The position numbers and the translations under genes are program-made. The notes below the pieces were generated by a model, which saw only the letters and a list, made by a program, of their open reading frames with translations, was not told the DNA's origin and made no database searches. Below, in pieces: positions 38,692 through 47,734 of a stretch of 64,000 nucleotides of DNA. Numbering within the stretch: the stretch's first letter is position 1; each line of letters begins with the position of its first letter. This DNA comes from a bacterium (lineage in GTDB: Bacteria > UBP6 > UBA1177), in assembly GCA_022703485.1 (NCBI GenBank), contig JAKLDO010000001.1:5834-69833 (forward strand), in the 5' to 3' direction.

Positions 38692-39834
38692 ATGATTAAA
38701 TTAACCTTCAAAAGGGATGAGCTTCTTAAAGCTCTTGATCACTGCAGTTCATCAATTGAAAAAAAACATGCAATGCCTATCCTAGGTCATGTTCTTTTTA
38801 AATTTAAGGGCAATGAATGTACTTTAAATGCTACAAACCTTGAAACAACTGTAATGGCTAAAATAATATTCCAGGAACCTGTTGATGAAGGAAAGATAGC
38901 AGTTCCTGCAAAGTATATTCATGATATATGTAAAGTTGCAAGGGGGGAAAATATACTTTTTAAATATGATACTTCATCAAACATACTTGATATAACAGCT
39001 GAAAAATCAAAGTATACAGTTCCGTGTGCTGACGCAAATGACTTTCCGTCAATACCTTCAACTAAAAAAACATCTTACAGTTTTGAAATAGGAAGACTTA
39101 TAAATTCTTTTAAAAAGCTTCAATTCTCAATGACGGAACATAATGTTAACAAGGCATATTCAGGTGTTCTTATCATTAAAGTCAAAGACGGTGATAAATA
39201 TGTAATAGAAATGGTCACCACAGACATTCACAGGATATCTGTTCTGACTTTAAAGAATTTCAGTCTGGATATTGAAGGAATAGATAAGGGAATAGTGATA
39301 TCAGGTAAAAATTTCACAGAACTGTCAAAAATATTCTCTGAAACAGAAAAAGCTGAAGTGGCGATCGATGATGACAAGATGTTCATTACAGGAAATAATG
39401 TTGTTTTCATATCAAGACTTCTTAAAAATGAGTTTCCTAATTACAGGACTGTTATAGGCGGGTATGCAGTGATAGATTCTAAAGATGCTTCACTGATAAA
39501 TAGAAAAGAACTGGTTGACGGAGTTAAAAGAGTTATAGCCCTGAATTCTGAAGAAAAGATATGGGCTACAAAATTTGATTTCAAGGGATCTGTTCTAAGT
39601 ATGACCGCAAGTTCTAATTTCGGTGGAAATTCAAATGATGAGATACTTGTAGAAAAACCGTTCAATATTGATAAAAGTGTAGGAATAAACGCAAGATATC
39701 TTCTGGATGTTCTTTCAGTTCTTGATAAACAGCAGGTCTCTATAATTGTGGAAGAAGGTTTAAAACCGCTTACCATAAAAGAAGAAACTGATAATTTCTA
39801 CTATGTTCACATGGTAATGCCTTTAAGGATGTAG
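38692..39834 (+). CDS. dnaN: DNA polymerase III beta sliding clamp
   Basis: MIKLTFKRDELLKAL...MPILGHVLF...LNATNLETT. 380 aa, ending MPLRM. Sits in the canonical position after dnaA. Confidence 0.85.
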   Translation: MIKLTFKRDELLKALDHCSSSIEKKHAMPILGHVLFKFKGNECTLNATNLETTVMAKIIFQEPVDEGKIAVPAKYIHDICKVARGENILFKYDTSSNILDITAEKSKYTVPCADANDFPSIPSTKKTSYSFEIGRLINSFKKLQFSMTEHNVNKAYSGVLIIKVKDGDKYVIEMVTTDIHRISVLTLKNFSLDIEGIDKGIVISGKNFTELSKIFSETEKAEVAIDDDKMFITGNNVVFISRLLKNEFPNYRTVIGGYAVIDSKDASLINRKELVDGVKRVIALNSEEKIWATKFDFKGSVLSMTASSNFGGNSNDEILVEKPFNIDKSVGINARYLLDVLSVLDKQQVSIIVEEGLKPLTIKEETDNFYYVHMVMPLRM

Positions 39835-39843
39835 TCATAATTT

Positions 39844-40881
39844 ATGAAACTGACGCACATACTTATTAAAAATTTCCGCAACCTGTCAGAAAGAGATTTT
39901 TTTTTAAATCAAAAGACCGTACTTAACGGTCCCAACGGTTCCGGAAAGACATCGGTAATAGAAGCGGCCTTTTTTTCCTTCACTGGAAGATCTTTTAGAA
40001 CATCGGATATTAAAGAACTGATAAACAGAGAAAGCAGATTCCTTTTCGTAAGTTCTGATACAACAGATCTGTCCGGTTTTAAAAGAGAGCTTTCTATCGG
40101 TTTTGATTCATCGGGACAGAGAAAAATACTTATTGACGGTATAAGTTCGTCAAGAAAGGACCTTATGAAAGTGGTTTTTGCTGTTATACACACTCCTGAA
40201 GATATGGAGATAATACAGGGGGGACCCAAAAGAAGAAGAGATTTCATAGACAGGATATGTTTCATGGAGGACGGAAGTTATTTTGATGACATGATGGAAT
40301 ACGGCCGGTATGTCAGGCAGAAGAACATACTGTTAAAGAAAAACGACGGAAAGACCGTATCCTATCTGAATAAAGCCGCGCTGCCTCTTATTAAAAGGAT
40401 AAGGGACCTTAGAAAAAAAGCGTGCGAAATGATAAATGAAGAGTTTAAGATGTACAATAGTGACATTTTTCCTGAGCTTGAATTCTCAATAACATGTCCG
40501 CAGGATGAAGAAATTGAAGAAAAGCTCAAAGTAAAGCTTCCGAAAGAACTGGAAAAAGGCTATACTTTGTACGGACCGCACCTTGATAACATAGTTGTAA
40601 AGACAGAACTTTGTGATTCAAGATCGGGAGTATCAATGGGGGAATCCTATCTCATATCTCTGGTGCTCAAAATGTCAGAGCTCAATCTTTATTCAAAAAA
40701 AGATCTGTTTCCGGTGTTTTTCATTGACGATCTTTTTGTGTTTCTTGACAGCAAAAGGAAACACGATCTTTACAGCAGAATAGTAAAACTTAAAAATCAG
40801 GTCATCATGACGAGTTCAACAGAAACGGCATGTGATTTTAAAGATATAGAGTTTAATAACATAACTGATGGAGGATATTAA
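39844..40881 (+). CDS. recF: DNA replication and repair protein RecF
   Basis: KNFRNL..., Walker A LNGPNGSGKTSVIEAAFF, and Walker B FFIDDLFVFLD. Confidence 0.85.
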   Translation: MKLTHILIKNFRNLSERDFFLNQKTVLNGPNGSGKTSVIEAAFFSFTGRSFRTSDIKELINRESRFLFVSSDTTDLSGFKRELSIGFDSSGQRKILIDGISSSRKDLMKVVFAVIHTPEDMEIIQGGPKRRRDFIDRICFMEDGSYFDDMMEYGRYVRQKNILLKKNDGKTVSYLNKAALPLIKRIRDLRKKACEMINEEFKMYNSDIFPELEFSITCPQDEEIEEKLKVKLPKELEKGYTLYGPHLDNIVVKTELCDSRSGVSMGESYLISLVLKMSELNLYSKKDLFPVFFIDDLFVFLDSKRKHDLYSRIVKLKNQVIMTSSTETACDFKDIEFNNITDGGY

Positions 40882-42665
40882 TGGAATTCATCAAGAAGAT
40901 TTTTGTAAGGTTTTTTGTAACGATCGGAATTTTAACGACAATTATCATTATCTGTGCGGTGATCATCGTAAGATCGCTTTCAGAGATGAAAGATGAGGTT
41001 GAGGAAAAATCAGTACTTAATATCAACATGTCCTCGATAACGGGGGATGTCAATGCAGACGGAGGCTTTTATTTCTTTGACAGTTTCTTAAGCAGAAAGG
41101 TCTCTCTCATAGATACGCTCATTATTTTAAAAGATGCCCAGAACGATCCGAAAATACTTGGTATTTTTGCTGATATCTCCCACTTGAACCTCAGCTATGC
41201 ACAGATCGAAGAGCTCAGGAACGGAATAATAAAGTTCAGAAAATCGGGAAAACCCGCTTACTGTTTTGCAGACAGCTTCGGAGAGATAACTAACGGGACG
41301 AAAAACTACTATCTTGCGACGGCGTTTGATAAAATTTTCATGCAGCCGGCAGGAATGGTCGGGTTTAACGGGCTTACATCCGAATCTATATTTCTGAAAG
41401 GGACACTTGAAAAGCTTGCCATAGAACCTATCGGTTCGAAAAGAAAAGAATATAAAACTTACTGGAATATGTTCTCCGAGGATAAATATACTCCGGAACA
41501 CAGGGAATCATCAGAAACTCTTATAAATTCGATTTTCAGTAAAATAGTTGAAGAGGTTGCTCTGGCAAGACAGATATCGGTCGAAAATGTTAAAGAAATA
41601 GGCAATTCGTTTGCTCTTACATCTCAAAAAGCGGTTGAAAAAAAGCTGGTGGATGCCGCAATTTTCAAGGATGATGCTTATGAAGAGCTTAAAAAAGTGA
41701 CCGGTAATGAAAAGATAATCTCAATAGGAAATTATAAAAATCTTCAACCCATGGACCTTGAAATTGAGAAAGAGGGGAAAATAGCTCTGATCGAACTTCC
41801 CGGGTCAATTCACAGGGGAACAAGTGATTTCGGCCCTTCAGGATATCCAGAATCCAGCGGATCGGAAACCGTACTTTCCATGCTTAAAAAAGCTGAAAAA
41901 GATGAAGATATAAAAGGAGTTATAATCAGAGTGAACTCTCCCGGAGGGTCAGTCGTGGCATCTGAGACCATCTGGCACCAGATAAAAAAAATGTCGGATG
42001 AAAACAAAAAACCGGTTGCTGTTTCAATGGGGACGGTCGCGGCATCCGGAGGATATTATGTCTCCATGTCGGCACCTAAGATTTTTGCGGACCACAACAC
42101 AATAACGGGTTCAATAGGGGTGGTGCTTGGAAAAATGTACACAAGAGAGTTCTTTAAAAAGCTGGGGATAACATTTGATACTGTTTCAACAGGGAAAAAC
42201 ACAGAAATGTTCTCATCTCTAACAAGGCTTGAGGAAGACCAGAAGGCGAACATGGAAAGCTCTCTGGATGATATCTATAAAACTTTTGTCGAAAGGGCGG
42301 CCCAGGGAAGAAAAATGGAATATGACGCTCTTGAAAAACATGCCAAAGGAAGGGTCTGGACCGGTGCACAGGCCAAAGAGAGAGGTCTTGTGGATGAAAC
42401 GGGCGGTTTTATGGAAGCTATTGATTATATGAACTCAAAAATAGGTGGCGGTAAAGAACTGAAGGTCGTCAAGTATCCGGAATCAGACAAGATATGGGAG
42501 ATGATAATGGGACGGGATGATGAATCTTCAGGTTTTGTGAAATGGGTCGAGAGCCTTGCCGGAACACTGAACATGATAGTAAAATCCCTGAATATGGTTC
42601 AAAAAGAACTTTCCGGGGATGATCACGGAACTTATGAGCTGAAAAGCAAAGCGGAAATAAGGTAA
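40881..42665 (+). CDS. sppA: signal peptide peptidase SppA (67K type, S49)
   Basis: N-terminal TM anchor and two S49 halves. Motifs NSPGGSVVASE and GTVAASGGYYVS. Confidence 0.85.
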   Translation: MEFIKKIFVRFFVTIGILTTIIIICAVIIVRSLSEMKDEVEEKSVLNINMSSITGDVNADGGFYFFDSFLSRKVSLIDTLIILKDAQNDPKILGIFADISHLNLSYAQIEELRNGIIKFRKSGKPAYCFADSFGEITNGTKNYYLATAFDKIFMQPAGMVGFNGLTSESIFLKGTLEKLAIEPIGSKRKEYKTYWNMFSEDKYTPEHRESSETLINSIFSKIVEEVALARQISVENVKEIGNSFALTSQKAVEKKLVDAAIFKDDAYEELKKVTGNEKIISIGNYKNLQPMDLEIEKEGKIALIELPGSIHRGTSDFGPSGYPESSGSETVLSMLKKAEKDEDIKGVIIRVNSPGGSVVASETIWHQIKKMSDENKKPVAVSMGTVAASGGYYVSMSAPKIFADHNTITGSIGVVLGKMYTREFFKKLGITFDTVSTGKNTEMFSSLTRLEEDQKANMESSLDDIYKTFVERAAQGRKMEYDALEKHAKGRVWTGAQAKERGLVDETGGFMEAIDYMNSKIGGGKELKVVKYPESDKIWEMIMGRDDESSGFVKWVESLAGTLNMIVKSLNMVQKELSGDDHGTYELKSKAEIR

Positions 42666-43876
42666 TGCTGATCTTTCAGGTCGGGGGGGCTGTCAGGGAC
42701 CGGTTTCTTGGAATTAATGCATCAGACAGCGATTTTGTTGTTGTAGGCGCCACAGTAGAAGAGTTCCTTGTTAGATTCCCTCACGCCATACTTATCGGAA
42801 AAAGTTTTCCGGTTTTTTCTGTCGATGGAAAGGAATATGCTTTTGCAAGGAAGGAACGCAAAGTGTCTCCGGGATACAGAGGTTTTGAAATAGAATCAGA
42901 TCCGGGGATATCAATAGAAGATGACCTTTCGAGACGCGACATAACCATAAACGCAATTGCAAAGAACATTGAAACGGGTGAGATCATAGATCCGTTCGAT
43001 GGAATAGGGGATTTGAGGAAAAAAAGAATAGTACATGTTTCGGAAGCTTTTTCGGAAGACCCGTTCAGAGCATACAGAGTCGCAAGATTCGCCTCAAAAT
43101 TCCATGATTTCACCATTGATGCCGGAACGCTGGAACTGATGACATCACTTAAAAATGAACTTAACTTTCTGTCAGCGGAAAGGGTGTGGACAGAATGTTT
43201 TAAAGCTCTCTGCTGTAAAAAACCCTCAAGATTTTTCACTGTTTTGAACCAGTGCGGACTGCTGGAAGTTCATTTTAAAGAGGTTTTCTGTCTTGCGGGC
43301 GTTCCTGCAGGTCCTGAGGAATATCATCCTGATGATGCCGACTCTTTTGATCACACAATGAAATCTCTTGACCGTGCCGCATTATGTAAAGATACACCGG
43401 ACCCTCTGCTTAATTTTGCCGTTCTTTGCCATGATCTCGGAAAAGGACTGACCGGAAAAGAACTTTATCCTCATCACTACGGTCACGACAGAGCGGGGGA
43501 GAAAGCCGTAAAAGAAATGTGTGAACGGATCAAAGCTCCCAGAAAATTTAAAGAATCTGCGGTCCTTTCTTCAAAATATCATATGCTTATGCCCAAAATA
43601 AGAGAAATGAGGGCGGTAAAGGTTATAAAAATGATCGAGGCCGTTGAAGCTTTTCCTGCGGGAGGCATAAACGGTTTTTTGAAAGTGATTTATTCAGACT
43701 CGGGTCAGTATCCGCATGAATTGTCTGTGTTTATTGAGAAAATAAAACCGGTTCTTGAGATCAGGCTGCCTGAAAAATGGCAGGATCTCGGAAAGAAAAG
43801 CGGAGAAATGCTTCTTCAGTTAAAAATAGAGAAGTATAATGAACTTATCAGATCTTATCAGGACCAGAACTTGTGA
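42665..43876 (+). CDS. cca: CCA-adding tRNA nucleotidyltransferase with HD domain
   Basis: Head motif VGGAVRDRFLG and DLSRRDITINA. C-terminal HD-type CHDLGKG...HHYGHD. Confidence 0.8.
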   Translation: MLIFQVGGAVRDRFLGINASDSDFVVVGATVEEFLVRFPHAILIGKSFPVFSVDGKEYAFARKERKVSPGYRGFEIESDPGISIEDDLSRRDITINAIAKNIETGEIIDPFDGIGDLRKKRIVHVSEAFSEDPFRAYRVARFASKFHDFTIDAGTLELMTSLKNELNFLSAERVWTECFKALCCKKPSRFFTVLNQCGLLEVHFKEVFCLAGVPAGPEEYHPDDADSFDHTMKSLDRAALCKDTPDPLLNFAVLCHDLGKGLTGKELYPHHYGHDRAGEKAVKEMCERIKAPRKFKESAVLSSKYHMLMPKIREMRAVKVIKMIEAVEAFPAGGINGFLKVIYSDSGQYPHELSVFIEKIKPVLEIRLPEKWQDLGKKSGEMLLQLKIEKYNELIRSYQDQNL

Positions 43877-45573
43877 CCGCTGCTGATCTCTGCGATGTTG
43901 TGGACCTGTGAAGCCATGCCGTCAAGATTCGTAAGCATTTCCACAAAGGCCAGAGACGCTTCTTCCTTGCAGGTTCCCTCTTTTAATCTGTTAAAATGGG
44001 CGAATTTGATCTCGCGGATCTCTTTTTTGATATCTTTCTTTTCAGTTTCGGCCTTTTTAAGGAATTCGTTTACATCAACGATGTCACCTTCAAGAGCTTT
44101 GACGGCTCTTTCGTAGTAGTCCATGTTCCTTGCAAGCAGATTGGTCAGCTCTGATTTTCCCTGTGCTGAAAGGGTGAGTCCGCTATTAATGAAATTACGG
44201 TATTGGATCGCTATGTTGACAAGATAGTCACCGAATTTTTCAAGGTTCGCCGCTGCTGTTATGTAGTTTCCGACAATATGTGAATCACTTTCAGAAAGAC
44301 TTTTCTGCGAAAGAGACAGAAGAAAAGAAGTGATCATTTTTCTGTATTCATCTATGAGGTTTTCATTTTCTTCTATTTTCTTAATGACATCATCAGTGCT
44401 TCTTTCTCCTGAAAGTATTGCCTGTACCCGCACACCGTTCTTTTTAACTCTCTCTGCCATTGCAACAAGTTCTTTTTCAGATTCAGCGATCCCTATTGCA
44501 GGAGTGTCAATAAGACCGTAATGGATATGCGTGAACCTGAATGCCCCCTTTTTTTCCTTTTCTTTGGGCTCAGGTATTATGAAAGTAACAACTTTTGCAA
44601 GAAATCCGATAAGAAATGAGAAAATTACAACATTTGTGATATTGAACATCGAATGAAACATTGCTATATGCGTTCCGATATGCGGCTTTCCGCCGTTTGA
44701 ATCAACGAGATCGGGCATTCCGGGGACGATAGAATCTACCAGATGAGCAAAAGGGTAGAAGAATATCAGAATAACAATAACACCGAGAACATTGAAGCAG
44801 GTGTGAGCTATGGCCGCCCTTTTTGCGTGATAGTTTGCACCGACTGAAGCTAGCAGGGCGGTAATGGTCGTTCCAATGTTGTCTCCGAGAACAAGAGATG
44901 CCGCTCCTTCAAAATTTAAAAGCCCCTGAGACGCAAGTGCTATTGCAATGCCTATTGTCGCTGAACTTGACTGTACGACAACTGTTGTCAGGGTTCCTAT
45001 TGCCACGCCAAGAAGAATATGCAGATAATCAGAGCCGCTTACGAGGGTGAAAAAACTGATAAAACCGGGATCGTCGCGCAAGGGTTTGAAACCTTCACTC
45101 ATGGTTGTCATTCCGAGAAAGAGAATTCCCAGACCGAAAAGGATCTCGCCGATGTATTTCAAGGACATTCTTTTAGAAACAAATCTTAAAAGTACTCCGA
45201 GTCCGATGATCGGGAGTCCGTATTTCACTATAGGCAGAACAACAAGCCAGCCGGTTGCCGTTGTTCCGATGTTTGCCCCGAGAATGATTCCGATCGCCTG
45301 AACAAGTGTCATCATTCCGGCGTTCACGAATCCGACCACCATAACAGTTGTCGCTGAACTTGACTGGATGATGGCGGTTACAAAAAATCCAACAAATATG
45401 GCAACATAACGATTTATGGTTAGAAGGCTGAGGGTCTTTCTCAAACCGTCACCGGCGGCTTTCTGAATACCGTCGCTCATAAATTTCATTCCCATCAGGA
45501 ACAATCCGAGCCCGCCGAATACCTGAAAAAACACTTCTTTCCAATCCATTTTAATCTCCGAGAAAATTGTCAA
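43858..45573 (-). CDS. Na+/phosphate cotransporter (NptA family) with C-terminal PhoU-like region
   Basis: Duplicated QSSSATTVMVVGF and QSSSATIGIAIAL repeats with about 8 TM spans. Helical PhoU-like tail. Convergent 19-nt overlap with cca. Confidence 0.85.
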   Translation of the reverse strand: MTIFSEIKMDWKEVFFQVFGGLGLFLMGMKFMSDGIQKAAGDGLRKTLSLLTINRYVAIFVGFFVTAIIQSSSATTVMVVGFVNAGMMTLVQAIGIILGANIGTTATGWLVVLPIVKYGLPIIGLGVLLRFVSKRMSLKYIGEILFGLGILFLGMTTMSEGFKPLRDDPGFISFFTLVSGSDYLHILLGVAIGTLTTVVVQSSSATIGIAIALASQGLLNFEGAASLVLGDNIGTTITALLASVGANYHAKRAAIAHTCFNVLGVIVILIFFYPFAHLVDSIVPGMPDLVDSNGGKPHIGTHIAMFHSMFNITNVVIFSFLIGFLAKVVTFIIPEPKEKEKKGAFRFTHIHYGLIDTPAIGIAESEKELVAMAERVKKNGVRVQAILSGERSTDDVIKKIEENENLIDEYRKMITSFLLSLSQKSLSESDSHIVGNYITAAANLEKFGDYLVNIAIQYRNFINSGLTLSAQGKSELTNLLARNMDYYERAVKALEGDIVDVNEFLKKAETEKKDIKKEIREIKFAHFNRLKEGTCKEEASLAFVEMLTNLDGMASQVHNIAEISSGHKFWS

Positions 45574-45673
45574 AATCTTCCAAGCCGGGATTGCTATAGA
45601 ACACTTTTGTTAGTTTTGTGTTAGGAAACGGTTAATTCAACAGTTGATGCCAGGTTTATTTTTATAGAGGAAG

Positions 45674-46558
45674 TCAGCTTTCCACAAATTTAACAATATG
45701 GTCAACTGCTTGAGAATATATAGTTTTTTCTTCAAAGAGAAGTTCATGCCAGCTGTTTTCGATGGTTATTTTTGTTGAACGGTCCATTTTTTGAATTATT
45801 GAGTTTTGATGAAAACTGCTGACAACCGGGTCTGCTCCTGCCTGAATAAGCAGAACATCGCTTCCGGTATTTACAGGAATGCTCTTTAGTTTTCTGATCA
45901 TTTTGACACTTTCAAAAGCCCATCTGTTTGTCGGTCCGCCGAGAAGGAATTCAGGGTTTTCTTTTAAAAAGGACCTCTGCTCTCCGAATTTTTCCGGATC
46001 ATGGGTGAGCCCGTTATTTTCAAAAGGGTGATCGAAATTGAAATCTCCTTTTCCAAGAGCATATCTTTCACCGGCTCCAAGATAGCAGAAAAGCTGAGAA
46101 AGGCGGTATATGACACATTCAGGAATTTTCCCGAAATTGATTCCCCACATCGGACTGCAGAAGATCATTTTTTTAAAAATACCGGGATTTTTCATTCCGA
46201 GAAGAAGAGAGACCGCTCCGCCCATTGAGTGTGATATGGAGATCAATTCTGAAGAGGGTGCCGATCCTGGAATGACAAGGTTTTTAAGAAAGAAATCGGC
46301 ATCTTCGACAAAGTCATCAAATTTTTCAACATGCCCTTTCTGATGTTCCTTGAGAAGCCTTCCGCTTCCTCCCTGTCCGCGGTGGTCCATTGCATAGACA
46401 GAAACCCCTTTTTCATTGAGAATGTTGAAGAAGTGTCTGTATTTTAAGTAGTATTCTGCTCTTCCGGTAAGAAAAAGGATTCGGCCTTTTTCTTTCACGG
46501 CGGGGAAAACATCATAAGCTATTTTTACGGAGTTCAAAGGACTTAAAAAGTAATTCAT
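45674..46558 (-). CDS. alpha/beta hydrolase (lysophospholipase / monoacylglycerol-lipase-like)
   Basis: Oxyanion region MDHRGQGGSG and nucleophile elbow ISHSMGG. Confidence 0.75.
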   Translation of the reverse strand: MNYFLSPLNSVKIAYDVFPAVKEKGRILFLTGRAEYYLKYRHFFNILNEKGVSVYAMDHRGQGGSGRLLKEHQKGHVEKFDDFVEDADFFLKNLVIPGSAPSSELISISHSMGGAVSLLLGMKNPGIFKKMIFCSPMWGINFGKIPECVIYRLSQLFCYLGAGERYALGKGDFNFDHPFENNGLTHDPEKFGEQRSFLKENPEFLLGGPTNRWAFESVKMIRKLKSIPVNTGSDVLLIQAGADPVVSSFHQNSIIQKMDRSTKITIENSWHELLFEEKTIYSQAVDHIVKFVES

Positions 46559-47719
46559 TCAGATGATCCAGTCATTTATTCTTGAACAGTCTCCGGTAAT
46601 GGATCTGAGCCGGCCGTTTTCAAGAACATATGTGTTTTCAAGACCGACTATGCCGTATTCAGGAACGAATATCTTGGGTTCTATCGCTATCACCATTCCG
46701 TTCTCGAGAGGAGTTTTCTGTTTAGGCGCAAGGACGGGAAGCTGGTTCACCTCCGTGCCGATACCGTGTCCTATGAACCGTACTTTTTGGGAGTACCCCA
46801 TAAAAAGATCTTTCCATGGCCGTTTTTCAACAATGCTCATGGCATGTCCGTAGATCTCATCACCCGTTTTTCCGGGAACGCTGCTGCTTACGATCTCTTC
46901 AAGAAGCCCGTTAAGTTCTGAATAAACGGATGATATTTGCAAAGAAGGTTCTGTTGTAAAGAATGTCCTTGTGCTGTCTGCGCAGTATCCGAGGCAGGAA
47001 CCTATAAAGTCCACCACAAAGCTTTCTGAAACGGCTCTGCCGCTTGCGCCCTGTGCAACAGCAGGTGAAATGCCTGCGCCACCGATCGGAAAATCGGTAT
47101 ATGTCGGCTCAAGTGCGTCTGTACCTGTCACCACAAGCCCCATGGAAGCCTCCATATTAGACCCCCTGACCCAGAAAAGACCCTGATGTCCGAGTTCTTT
47201 TTTTGCGTAACCTTCTATTTCGGCCTGAATGTCTATGTCCCTTGTTCCGGGATGATAAACCGTTTTCGCGAACTCCATCACCCGCTGATTGATCAGTCCT
47301 GCTTTTTTTATCAGTTTTATTTCGGTTTCACTTTTTATCATTTTTGTAAGTGCGAGAGCGAAAGAACAGTCTGCTGCCGGACCCTTTTCCAGTTTTCCCT
47401 TGTAGAACGAATGCTCTGCCAGGCTTGTGATATCAAAGGGCATTGCCCAGACGCCCTGTATTTTAGCAGCGATCTTTCCAATGTCCCATTCTTCTATCTC
47501 AAGCGGTGTCTCTGTTTCAGCCCGGGAGAAGTTCTTTTTCACGAAATACGATATTTCTCCCGATCCGGTAATTACAACAGTTCCTTTCTGCACAGATCCT
47601 GTAAAATAGAACAGATCCTGGTTCGAAGTAAGAACAGCACAGTCGATATTCTGCACAGAAAGCTGTCTGCCGAACCTTTCCGCCCTTGTTTTCAGCTCGC
47701 TGATATCAAAAAGTTCCAT
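46559..47719 (-). CDS. M24-family Xaa-Pro peptidase
   Basis: Pita-bread metal-ligand pattern: DFIGSCLGYCADSTRTFF, HGIGTEV, VIAIEPK, GLENTYV. Confidence 0.8.
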   Translation of the reverse strand: MELFDISELKTRAERFGRQLSVQNIDCAVLTSNQDLFYFTGSVQKGTVVITGSGEISYFVKKNFSRAETETPLEIEEWDIGKIAAKIQGVWAMPFDITSLAEHSFYKGKLEKGPAADCSFALALTKMIKSETEIKLIKKAGLINQRVMEFAKTVYHPGTRDIDIQAEIEGYAKKELGHQGLFWVRGSNMEASMGLVVTGTDALEPTYTDFPIGGAGISPAVAQGASGRAVSESFVVDFIGSCLGYCADSTRTFFTTEPSLQISSVYSELNGLLEEIVSSSVPGKTGDEIYGHAMSIVEKRPWKDLFMGYSQKVRFIGHGIGTEVNQLPVLAPKQKTPLENGMVIAIEPKIFVPEYGIVGLENTYVLENGRLRSITGDCSRINDWII

Positions 47720-47734
47720 AACATTATCTCCCGG

